Source of the DNA: an uncultured Candidatus Saccharibacteria bacterium
Lineage (GTDB): Bacteria; Patescibacteriota; Minisyncoccia; Phycocordibacterales; UBA9973
Length of the DNA stretch: 64,000 nucleotides
Direction of reading: 5' to 3'
NCBI GenBank assembly: GCA_964646765.1
Contig: CAZYIA010000001.1
Location: 274,105-338,104, forward strand
Shown: positions 1-7,968 of the stretch, piece after piece
Position numbering within the stretch: position 1 is the stretch's first letter
How the letters are laid out: each line of letters starts with the position of its first letter
The notes under the pieces: model-generated
Told to the model about the DNA's origin: nothing
Seen by the model: the letters and a program-made list of their open reading frames with translations, nothing else
The model's database searches: none
Translations under genes and position numbers: made by a program

Positions 1-692
1 AAGACATTTACACCTAAACTATGCAAACGCTGCAATACTCTAGCTGACACTTTCGGTGGCAACGCAGGAGCAAGCCGTGGAGCAGATTCAATAAGATCAA
101 CAGTGATGAATGATGGATCAACACCATAATGTTTTGCGAGCATTTCAAGATACGATACTAGATCGCCTGCTACCTCACATCCTGTTGGCCCACCACCAAC
201 AACAATAACGTGGAAGTGTGCAACCATTTCACGCGGGTCAGGATTTGCATGATCAGCGAACAAGAGATGAAGGTGGCGTTTTAAATTCATTGCTTCCTTT
301 GCCGATTTAAAGCCAAAGGAGAGCGTGGAAAGGCCAGGTAGCCCAAAATAAGTTGTTTCTGAACCAAGAGCAAGCACGAGGTAGTCAGCTTCATACATTT
401 TACCTGATGCACAGGTTACTTTTTTCTCTGTCAGATCAACTGCTGTAACGGTGTCGAGAATAACCTCAACCCCTGAAGGAAGCATATCGGTAAGCGGCAC
501 ACATACTTCAATTGGTGAAGCGCCGGTAATCAATCGATACAGTGCTGGATAATATTCAAAGTACGATTTATTTGAAATAAGACTAACTGAAAGTTTTTTA
601 CCAGCTTGTTGCTGTAACTTTCGCGCAGCTTCTACACCGGCGAATCCGCCGCCAATAATTAAGGCGTGCTTTCCTGTTTTCGTTTCTTGCAT
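1..692 (-). CDS. ndh: type II NADH dehydrogenase / FAD-dependent pyridine nucleotide-disulfide oxidoreductase (3' part of gene cut by window edge)
   Basis: Reverse-strand translation from ATG (cat at 690-692) gives MQETKTGKHALIIGGGFAGVEAARKL...HVIVVGGGPTGCEVAGDL... with two Rossmann GxGxxG motifs typical of NDH-2; open to window start; absent from ORF track because it has no stop inside the window. Confidence 0.75.
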   Translation of the reverse strand, partial: MQETKTGKHALIIGGGFAGVEAARKLQQQAGKKLSVSLISNKSYFEYYPALYRLITGASPIEVCVPLTDMLPSGVEVILDTVTAVDLTEKKVTCASGKMYEADYLVLALGSETTYFGLPGLSTLSFGFKSAKEAMNLKRHLHLLFADHANPDPREMVAHFHVIVVGGGPTGCEVAGDLVSYLEMLAKHYGVDPSFITVDLIESAPRLAPALPPKVSARVLQRLHSLGVNV

Positions 693-1123
693 ACGGAGTA
701 TTGTACCAAAGCGGTAAAAAAGTGAAAGAAATTAGGGCTTTTTTGACAATTGTAAGAATTTGTGTGCAAAAGCGTCTTCATTTCCGAACCGAGAAAACAC
801 TATATTATCTAACCAAAAACCAATACCATGTTTAACAAAAAATTTATCATCGCAAACATTTTTCACTCTCTATCTATGATGGAGAACAGCCCGAAGTTCA
901 CATTTATTTTTTTCACCGTATTTATGTTTATCTTGTGCTCCTTCTTTTTGTACCAATTTGTTTTCCTTCCAAGGAAAAATAGCCATGAATAGCTCCGGTA
1001 CAACTCAAAAACATTTGCAGGCACCCAGACTTCCCCGTTTGGGTCCTTGTACTAGATGCCAAATCTAAGAAAAGACGTTATACTAGAGCATGTAAGGGAA
1101 TTCTTTCTTTTCCGTCTTAATCT

Positions 1124-1639
1124 ATGAAGTCCGATATGACAACAGAAGAGGCTTACCTAAAAGCCTACGATTTGTATAACGATGCCATTTTTAGGTACTG
1201 CCTTTTTGAAACTTCAAACCGCGAGATAGCGCTTGACCTCGCCCAAGACACTTTCATGAAAGTATGGGAGTATCTCCAAGCTGGAAACACTATCGAAAAT
1301 ATGCGGGCATTCCTCTATCGGGTAGCTGGTAACTTAGTTATCGACTATCGCCGAAAGAAAAAGGCGACTTCTCTCGATGCTCTTCTAGATGAAGGTTTCG
1401 ATGTCGGCCACGATGAAAAATCGAAGACCATTGATGTAATTGATGGCCGAAAAGTTATGGAATTAATGAATGAGATTCCTGAAAAGTATCGTGATGTTAT
1501 CATCATGCGATATGTTGAAGACCTTTCAATAAAAGAAATTGCAGAGGTAACTGGCGAAACAGAAAATAATATTTCTGTTCGCTTACACCGCGGACTCGAT
1601 CGAGTTCGTACTCTGGTTGAAGATCAGGAATCAAAATAA
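1124..1639 (+). CDS. ECF-type sigma-70 family RNA polymerase sigma factor
   Basis: 171 aa; region 2 (DLAQDTFMKVWEYL, LYRVAGNLVIDYRRKK) and region 4 HTH (LSIKEIAEVTGETENNISVRLHRG) patterns. Confidence 0.8.
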   Translation: MKSDMTTEEAYLKAYDLYNDAIFRYCLFETSNREIALDLAQDTFMKVWEYLQAGNTIENMRAFLYRVAGNLVIDYRRKKKATSLDALLDEGFDVGHDEKSKTIDVIDGRKVMELMNEIPEKYRDVIIMRYVEDLSIKEIAEVTGETENNISVRLHRGLDRVRTLVEDQESK

Positions 1640-1643
1640 CGAT

Positions 1644-2735
1644 ATGGAAAACTTTACAGAACAACTGAAAAACGCAAAAAATATCCGAATGACGGATACT
1701 GAAAAAGCTCGCATGCGCGAGACGCTGATTTCCCATATGGAAAAGTTTCCGCTTGCTGAAACTACTACCACACAGATTCGTTCCGTACCAAAGACGAGCA
1801 CGGCTTCTCCCTACAGCATCCCTTCAGTATGGAGTGGCGCGGTCTTTCTTCGAATTGCAGCTAGTGCTCTTGCGCTAGTTCTCCTGATTGGATCTTCGGC
1901 AACCTTTGCTTCTGCAAACGCTACTCCGGGTTCTCTTCTCTACCCTGTTCGAATTCACGTAAAAGAAAAAGTTGAACGTGCTCTTATAACTGCTCCAGAG
2001 AAGAAACTTGCATATGACCAAGGACGTATTGAAACTCGTATTTCAGAACTGGAAACTCTAGCTGACACTACGAACCCGGATGATACTGATGCAGTACTCA
2101 CAGCAAAAGCGGCATTTACCGAGAACCTTTCTGACTTCCAAACAACACTCAAAGAAACTGAGAGTTCTGGCCGGTTGGCAGTGAGCGTAAAAACTCGTGA
2201 ACAAGTGCTCGCTCGACTTTCAGCATATGCAGATCCAGTTGCTCCTGTTATGGCAACTATGAGCTTGGCCGCAGCAAAGACTGCTCCAGAAACTGCCGCT
2301 CCTACCCTTATGAAAACTAGCGTAAGAATGGACACAGGAGCTTCTGCTGAAGTAGAAGAAAACCAAGATACACCACTAATACCGGTTACCTCTAGTGACA
2401 AGAAGGAAAAAAATAAACTCAAAGAAAGTATTCATGAACTCTTGAAAGTTGGCCGAGAACAAATCTTGGAAACTGCTCAACGAGACGGAGCTGCTAGTAT
2501 GGAACAGCAATCTCCAGATGTAGAACCAGTAACTGATACGTTATCTGTAAATGAAAACACTGAAGCAACTAGTGAAAACGGAACTGAAGCTACTTCTACA
2601 AGTAATACAAATAACGAAGTTCCTAGATCTTCAAATAGCACAGGAACACCTAAGTCCACCTTGGAAGACTCTTTCAAGAGCACTATAACCGCAAGCGTTA
2701 ACCAATCAGCACCTATCCATACGGTTCCTCGCTAG
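1644..2735 (+). CDS. putative anti-sigma factor (single-pass membrane protein with Thr/Ser/Ala-rich extracytoplasmic tail)
   Basis: Starts 2 nt after sigma stop (track gives alternative TTG start at 1617); short cytoplasmic N-domain, one TM helix (AVFLRIAASALALVLLIGS), long low-complexity C-terminal region; position immediately downstream of ECF sigma. Confidence 0.4.
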   Translation: MENFTEQLKNAKNIRMTDTEKARMRETLISHMEKFPLAETTTTQIRSVPKTSTASPYSIPSVWSGAVFLRIAASALALVLLIGSSATFASANATPGSLLYPVRIHVKEKVERALITAPEKKLAYDQGRIETRISELETLADTTNPDDTDAVLTAKAAFTENLSDFQTTLKETESSGRLAVSVKTREQVLARLSAYADPVAPVMATMSLAAAKTAPETAAPTLMKTSVRMDTGASAEVEENQDTPLIPVTSSDKKEKNKLKESIHELLKVGREQILETAQRDGAASMEQQSPDVEPVTDTLSVNENTEATSENGTEATSTSNTNNEVPRSSNSTGTPKSTLEDSFKSTITASVNQSAPIHTVPR

Positions 2736-2746
2736 CCAACGACACT

Positions 2747-2776
2747 AAAAAAGCGGGATTTCTTCCCGCTTTTTTT
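2747..2776. terminator. bidirectional rho-independent terminator between convergent anti-sigma gene and ATPase gene
   Basis: aaaaaAGCGGGAtttcttTCCCGCTttttttt hairpin flanked by A-run and T-run. Confidence 0.6.
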
Positions 2777-5578
2777 CTATTCGAGAATACTTTTTAAAAT
2801 ATCTTCAGGAACTTCTTTTGAAGCAGTAGACTCTTTTCGAGAAACATTAGATTCTGGAGAGGTTTCAGAAACTGACTCTGGTGATGAAGTTTCTTCCTTC
2901 GCTAATTCTTGCTCACGGGCTTTTCGCTCCTCTTCTAACTTCTTTTCTTGTTCTAAGGTTCGAGCTTCGGCTTCTTCTGCCGCCTTAAGAGCTTTTTGTT
3001 TTTCTTCTTGCTCAATTTTCACAGCCGCTTCAAGTCGGGCTTTTTCTTGCTGTTCTTTCCGAAGAGCTTCTTCATGGGCTACTTTGAGGGCTTCTGCTTC
3101 TCGTTTCCGTTCTTCTTCGGCCTTACGAACAACTTCTATTTCGAGTGCCTTCTTTTCTGCCTCAAATTTTTGACGCTCCTCTTCCTGCACTCGACGAACT
3201 TTTTCGAGAGCCTCCTGCTTTTCTTTTTCAATTTTTTCTTCAAGTGCTTTCTTTTCTGCCTCAATTCGTTCTTTTTCCTCTTTAGTTTTACGTTCCCGCT
3301 CTAGTGCTTCTTGCTTTTCGCGAAGAAGAGCCTCTTCTTGAGCTGTATGTTTTTCTTCATTAATGGTAGTGGTAGTTGGATCTTCACCACGTAGGACTGG
3401 ATCTATGTTTTTTGGTTCATTAAGTTCAGCTTCCTCGGCAAGTCCAATACCAGCTTGAGAAAGGGCTGTAGCCAGCGTATTTTTTGTTTCTTCTGCTGCT
3501 TCTTTCTTAGGAGTCATGAAAACAGGAGAAGCTACTGTTGGTGCATCTTTTTTAAGTGCAGAAAGCGATATTGTTTCTTGAGGCTTTTCAATAACTGGTT
3601 CAGCTATACCTTCTTGTTCTATCGGCTTTGTAGCAACTGCTGGCTTAGCTGGAGCGCCCATTGTTTTTGAAAGCGCTTGATTTAGGATACTTCGAAGTCC
3701 AGCGGTATCGGGAGCTTTACGTTCTTTTGTTACAGGAACTTTTACTACTCGAGGTGGCGGCGTGCGTGGAAGATCATCTTTTTTTGCTCCATCCGGAGTT
3801 TTTATACTCTGAGGCACTCGAAACGCCGTTTGCACTTGCGGTTGTATTTGTACTTGAGCTTCAGATGGCTTCTTATAAGCCCCTTTCGGTAATGGCATAT
3901 CATCTTTACCAGCCTTAATAACCCCAATAGGCGGCATATCAGGCCGATCTACCACGGGACGAACTTTTGGTCGTTCGCCAGTAGATCCTCCCCAATCACT
4001 CCTTGGTTTCGAAGAACCACCGGTAAATTCAATACCGAGCGCGGCAAGTGCATCGTATGAAATATTATCTTTCTTTTCTTTTGGTGGACGGAACCCTGGT
4101 GCCGGTTCAAGTTCACCTTGCTTAATTTTAAAAAGACATTCTTTACAATAAATTGGCAAACCTGGTTCTGGTTCAAACGGAACGTAAATGGATTTTTTAC
4201 AATTAGTACATTCAGCGCGATATTTGCCAACAGCTTCACTTCCCGCATTTTCTGGGTTACTGGTTCCTTGGCCAGGCACCGTTGAACTCCAACGGTTAAT
4301 TTCCTCCTCTACATCAGTGCGCGAACGAGTATACATGCGGCGTGAAGTATCAATAATATACTGTTCGGTTTCTTTTGATTCGTGCACCTCAAGTGGCGGC
4401 AAGGTTTTTGCTGAAAATGGTCGCGAGGTAACCCCATCCACCATGAGCTTTGCATAAATATGATAGTTCGGAAGGTTTACGAAATCTTCAATGACGAATT
4501 CCGGTTCAAATTCTTTTTCGAGTGCTTCGGCATCTTCTGCGCCAACACGGAAGATGATAATTGTTCCAACGTTACCAAACACGGCATCTTTCACCGCGCT
4601 ACCAGTTTCAGTTTCAAGCTGGGCAACATATTGATGCGCAATAGTAAGACATAAGCGATATTTTCGAGCTTCTGAAAGAATAGAAGCAAATGAATCGGTT
4701 ACGAAGTTTTGGAACTCGTCTACAAAAAGATAAAAGTCTTCACGCTTATTTTCTGGAATGCGCACACGCTCCATAGCGGAAAGCTGAATTTTGGTAATGA
4801 GCATTGCACCAAGAAGTGCTGAGTTATCTTCACCAATACGGCCTTTCGACACATTAACCAGAAAGATTTTTTTCTGGTTCATAATATCGAAAATGTTTAT
4901 AGTTGAACGCTGCTGGCCCACTACGTTACGTACGATATTTGATGAAAGGAATTGACCAACTTTGTTTTGAATCGGCGCAATAGCTTCATTACGAAACTGG
5001 TCACGCCATGCTTCATATTCGTGCACCCAAAAAGCCTTCACCACAGGGTCTTTCAAATTCCCGATGATGTACTGACGATAGTCCTTATCCACTAGCATAC
5101 GCGGAATACCAAGAAGTGTGGTATTAGGCGTATCGAGAAGCGCTAAAATGGTGTTGTTCAAAATATATTCCATTCGAGACGACCATGCGTTCGCCCAAAT
5201 TTTGGTGAAAATTCCCATCAAACCTGAAGCCACCAAGTGTTTATACTTCGGGTCATCAAGTTGCATTGGGTTAAAACCAATTGGAAAATCCGTATCCGCT
5301 GGATTGAGGTATACGACATCTTCTGCACGTTCTTTAGGAACAGCCGTTATGATTTTTTCTACGAGTTCACCGTGCGGATCTACCACACAAACACCTTCAC
5401 CGGTACGGATATTCTGGATAATCATGTTCTCCAGCATCACAGACTTACCGGTACCAGATTTACCAAGCACGTACATGTGCTGGCGTCGGTCTTTACGCTT
5501 AATGCCGAAAACTTGATCCATGCCACGGAAATGTGTCCGGGCAAAATATGTAATGTCCTGGTTTAGTGGAACTTCCAT
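2777..5578 (-). CDS. soluble VirD4/TraG/TraD-like (type IV coupling protein family) P-loop ATPase with long disordered/proline-rich linker, C-terminal CxxC...CxxC zinc ribbon and K/E-rich coiled-coil tail
   Basis: 933 aa; Walker A VLGKSGTGKS followed by VDPHGE (DPKGE-like motif of VirD4/TraG), Walker B YLFVDEFQNF, TIAHQYVAQL (TraG-D_C-like xQSxxQL region); no TM helices; zinc ribbon CTNCKKSIYVPFEPEPGLPIYCKEC encoded around 4125-4225; last ~190 aa are E/K/A/R-rich heptad-like low complexity. Confidence 0.7.
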   Translation of the reverse strand: MEVPLNQDITYFARTHFRGMDQVFGIKRKDRRQHMYVLGKSGTGKSVMLENMIIQNIRTGEGVCVVDPHGELVEKIITAVPKERAEDVVYLNPADTDFPIGFNPMQLDDPKYKHLVASGLMGIFTKIWANAWSSRMEYILNNTILALLDTPNTTLLGIPRMLVDKDYRQYIIGNLKDPVVKAFWVHEYEAWRDQFRNEAIAPIQNKVGQFLSSNIVRNVVGQQRSTINIFDIMNQKKIFLVNVSKGRIGEDNSALLGAMLITKIQLSAMERVRIPENKREDFYLFVDEFQNFVTDSFASILSEARKYRLCLTIAHQYVAQLETETGSAVKDAVFGNVGTIIIFRVGAEDAEALEKEFEPEFVIEDFVNLPNYHIYAKLMVDGVTSRPFSAKTLPPLEVHESKETEQYIIDTSRRMYTRSRTDVEEEINRWSSTVPGQGTSNPENAGSEAVGKYRAECTNCKKSIYVPFEPEPGLPIYCKECLFKIKQGELEPAPGFRPPKEKKDNISYDALAALGIEFTGGSSKPRSDWGGSTGERPKVRPVVDRPDMPPIGVIKAGKDDMPLPKGAYKKPSEAQVQIQPQVQTAFRVPQSIKTPDGAKKDDLPRTPPPRVVKVPVTKERKAPDTAGLRSILNQALSKTMGAPAKPAVATKPIEQEGIAEPVIEKPQETISLSALKKDAPTVASPVFMTPKKEAAEETKNTLATALSQAGIGLAEEAELNEPKNIDPVLRGEDPTTTTINEEKHTAQEEALLREKQEALERERKTKEEKERIEAEKKALEEKIEKEKQEALEKVRRVQEEERQKFEAEKKALEIEVVRKAEEERKREAEALKVAHEEALRKEQQEKARLEAAVKIEQEEKQKALKAAEEAEARTLEQEKKLEEERKAREQELAKEETSSPESVSETSPESNVSRKESTASKEVPEDILKSILE

Positions 5579-5713
5579 TTTCTAATCCGCCTCATAGGAG
5601 AGGTTATTTAAAGTTACCTCACAAGTATACCATACTAGGCAAACGAAAGATGAGTTCTTTGACTCAAAGTTAATTTGTGTGCTTAAATTGACCGAATTTA
5701 AAAAGTGAACTAT

Positions 5714-6247
5714 ATGGAAAAAAACGTGGAATTAAATTTTGACTTAACCTTTGATGAAAGCGTAACAATTTACTTTGAAGAATCTGCGCATTCCTTCAAA
5801 ACAAAGTTTTCAGCTACCTTAATGCTTATGGCTATTGCCCACACCCATTTTCGCGGAAGTATGCACAAGGTACTCCGTAGTATTGATACTATCAACCGTG
5901 CTGATATTTTACTTTCAGGAAAAACAGTTAATGAAATAACGAAAGTAAAAAAATTTTTACGCGCACATAAACTCACAGGAACTACATACCGATACTTACA
6001 TGCGTACTGCTACAACTACTTTGTCGAAAAACCAAAGTTTATACAATACCAATCTTTAGGAGAACCTCATGCAGGTGAACTACTCTTACCGTGTGGTCTC
6101 AGATTTATATCTCTATACCAACAAAACTTACTTATCGAAGTAGAAACCTACTATGAGCAATCACTCATTAAAGACTGGGAATACGAGGAACTCCGGTACC
6201 TCATATATAAAAGTGATTTACGTCCCCATAACCCCCTTTTGAACTAA
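5714..6247 (+). CDS. hypothetical protein (no recognisable domain)
   Basis: ORF track 5705..6247 (GTG), ATG at 5714 (MEKNVELNF...); only plus-strand gene inside the ATPase/Cys-rich locus; followed by a strong terminator. Confidence 0.4.
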   Translation: MEKNVELNFDLTFDESVTIYFEESAHSFKTKFSATLMLMAIAHTHFRGSMHKVLRSIDTINRADILLSGKTVNEITKVKKFLRAHKLTGTTYRYLHAYCYNYFVEKPKFIQYQSLGEPHAGELLLPCGLRFISLYQQNLLIEVETYYEQSLIKDWEYEELRYLIYKSDLRPHNPLLN

Positions 6248-6252
6248 CAAGT

Positions 6253-6287
6253 AACAACCTGCTTTCCTCGGCAGGTTGTTCTTTTTT
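6253..6287. terminator. rho-independent terminator (AACAACCTGC-tttcctcg-GCAGGTTGTT + T6), also abuts stop of minus-strand gene 6286..7950
   Basis: 10-bp perfect stem, 8-nt loop, TCTTTTTT tail. Confidence 0.65.
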
Positions 6288-7950
6288 ATGCAAACGCTTG
6301 GTTATAACAACTTTCGCAGTAGAGAATTTCCGGTCGGTTGGGAGAATATGATGACTCAATTTTTTTATTGCAATTTGCGCATTCTCGAGTGAAGAGCTTA
6401 TTTGGCCCGCGAGCTTTAAATCGGCGCAGGTGTCGACATTCGGGACATTGCCGCGGAAGTGGAATAGAAAGTTTTTTATAGAACGTAAACTCATTTGGAA
6501 TAATGCGATAATTCTTTTTACATTCGGTACACTCAAAAATTTCTTTTACAATCTCGTCCTTTGTTTTGCCAATTGAATCTGATACATCAGCCCAGCTAAT
6601 TGTCGCTTTTCCGAATGTTCCTCGCGGCGTTTCTTCCCACTTAAAACCCTGAGCGAGAGCTTCTTCTTTCGTAAGTGGGTACTCAATCATAGCTGATGAT
6701 TCGTTATAACCGAAAGAAGAAAAAGTAGCCGGATAAAATTCACCATAACTTCCCTCTTGTTTCATTTTTGCTACTATTTCGGAGCGCAACTTTTCATATT
6801 CTTCTGGAGAATATTGCTTATTTAAGATCGTGTTTTTTGCTTTTCGAAAACCAACGCAACCAAAAATATTTTGGGAGTTTGGACAATTCACGGAGTAACC
6901 AACGAACTGAGAGCTCCAACAATAGAATCCGCAAATAACATTGGACCCTTCAATACCAGTATTCATGGTGTTGTAGAGTAACTCCGCTCCACGACCAGCA
7001 GTATTACAGTCCATGCAGTCTTTAGCCCCACGCCAAGCATGTACCGAATAGGCACAATCTTCGGCGTCATACGAATGAAAACAATGGCGATTATTTTTAA
7101 CGTTTGTCATGTAATTCCCAGTCGAATTGTAAACGTTATACACTTCGGCAAATTTTCGTGGCTGATCTTTAATAAACTCTGTAAATTGTTTTCGAAAAGC
7201 CTCTACTCCAGAATGAGTATCGAGACGAAACTCTGCTAACTTTTTTTCGTATTCTTCTTTAGAATATTGTGCATTAAAAATACAGTATTTTTGATTACGA
7301 AGATTAATACAGCCTAAACAATTAGTGCAGCCGCGACAATCCAACAAAAATGCACTATCGGTACATGAGTGGACGCTTTTACAATACTTAATTCCGTATG
7401 AATCATAGCAGTCATCAACTTCGTACGATCGTTCAACCTGTTGGGTAAATGAACAATCGACGAGATCTTTTGAAACTTGAATCCAATATGAGTGAATTGC
7501 ATCTTCATTGTTTGAACTTTCAATAACGAAATAACAATTTTTATTGTCAGCCGCGTAATTCATGTACTCACAATTAACTGCCCGCATAGAAACAAGGCCT
7601 GGTTTTGGCACTTTCATCCATAGTTCATACCACTGATCGAGAAATGGCCGCGATGGATCATAGTCCATAGCGTAATCTGCCCCGCTCCAGTCTTCCGAAA
7701 ACCAACAGTCATAACACCAAACCACATCAGGTTTATTCAGCGAAAACTGACAGATAGTATCTTTTTTACACTTATCACAAGGACGCTTATAAAAACTGCG
7801 TTCGTTGCGAAAATTAAGCCGTAATTGGGATCGGCATTCCGGACATAGTTTTGGCGGCAATACACCTATTTTTTCATAGAAGGAAAAATCATCAGGTTCG
7901 ATAACAAATTCACTATTACATTTAGTGCAAAATCGATTTTCTGTCGCCAT
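6286..7950 (-). CDS. large cysteine-rich multi-zinc-ribbon protein, paralog A (function unknown)
   Basis: 554 aa, ~45 Cys, no signal peptide/TM; N-terminal ribbon CTKCNSEFVIEPDDFSFYEKIGVLPPKLCPECRSQ; two internal Cys-rich modules ending in ...CLGCINLRNQKYCIFNAQYSKEEYEKK and ...FGCVGFRKAKNTILNKQYSPEEYEKL; C-terminal tandem ribbons CTECKKNYRIIPNEFTFYKKLSIPLPRQCPECRH and CANCNKKIESSYSPNRPEILYCESCY. Confidence 0.7.
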   Translation of the reverse strand: MATENRFCTKCNSEFVIEPDDFSFYEKIGVLPPKLCPECRSQLRLNFRNERSFYKRPCDKCKKDTICQFSLNKPDVVWCYDCWFSEDWSGADYAMDYDPSRPFLDQWYELWMKVPKPGLVSMRAVNCEYMNYAADNKNCYFVIESSNNEDAIHSYWIQVSKDLVDCSFTQQVERSYEVDDCYDSYGIKYCKSVHSCTDSAFLLDCRGCTNCLGCINLRNQKYCIFNAQYSKEEYEKKLAEFRLDTHSGVEAFRKQFTEFIKDQPRKFAEVYNVYNSTGNYMTNVKNNRHCFHSYDAEDCAYSVHAWRGAKDCMDCNTAGRGAELLYNTMNTGIEGSNVICGFYCWSSQFVGYSVNCPNSQNIFGCVGFRKAKNTILNKQYSPEEYEKLRSEIVAKMKQEGSYGEFYPATFSSFGYNESSAMIEYPLTKEEALAQGFKWEETPRGTFGKATISWADVSDSIGKTKDEIVKEIFECTECKKNYRIIPNEFTFYKKLSIPLPRQCPECRHLRRFKARGPNKLFTRECANCNKKIESSYSPNRPEILYCESCYNQAFA

Positions 7951-7968
7951 TTTTCGATTCTAGCACGC

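Noticed and set aside
877-990. 37-codon hydrophobic ORF (MMENSPKFTFIFFTVFMFILCSFFLYQFVFLPRKNSHE) in the 430-nt ndh/sigma intergenic region
   Set aside because: Too short and AT-rich-driven. No RBS or conservation evidence available. Possibly a leader peptide, but unsupported.
2780-3340. Repetitive DNA (gaagaagc / cttcttc units) that could be mistaken for a repeat or CRISPR-like array
   Set aside because: No regular repeat-spacer periodicity. It is in-frame coding for the EEK/ERK coiled-coil tail of the 933-aa ATPase.
2996-3918. Plus-strand ORFs (102, 71, 85 aa) rich in F/L/C antisense to the ATPase 1 tail
   Set aside because: Antisense shadows of the K/E-rich coiled-coil coding repeats. Composition is non-protein-like.
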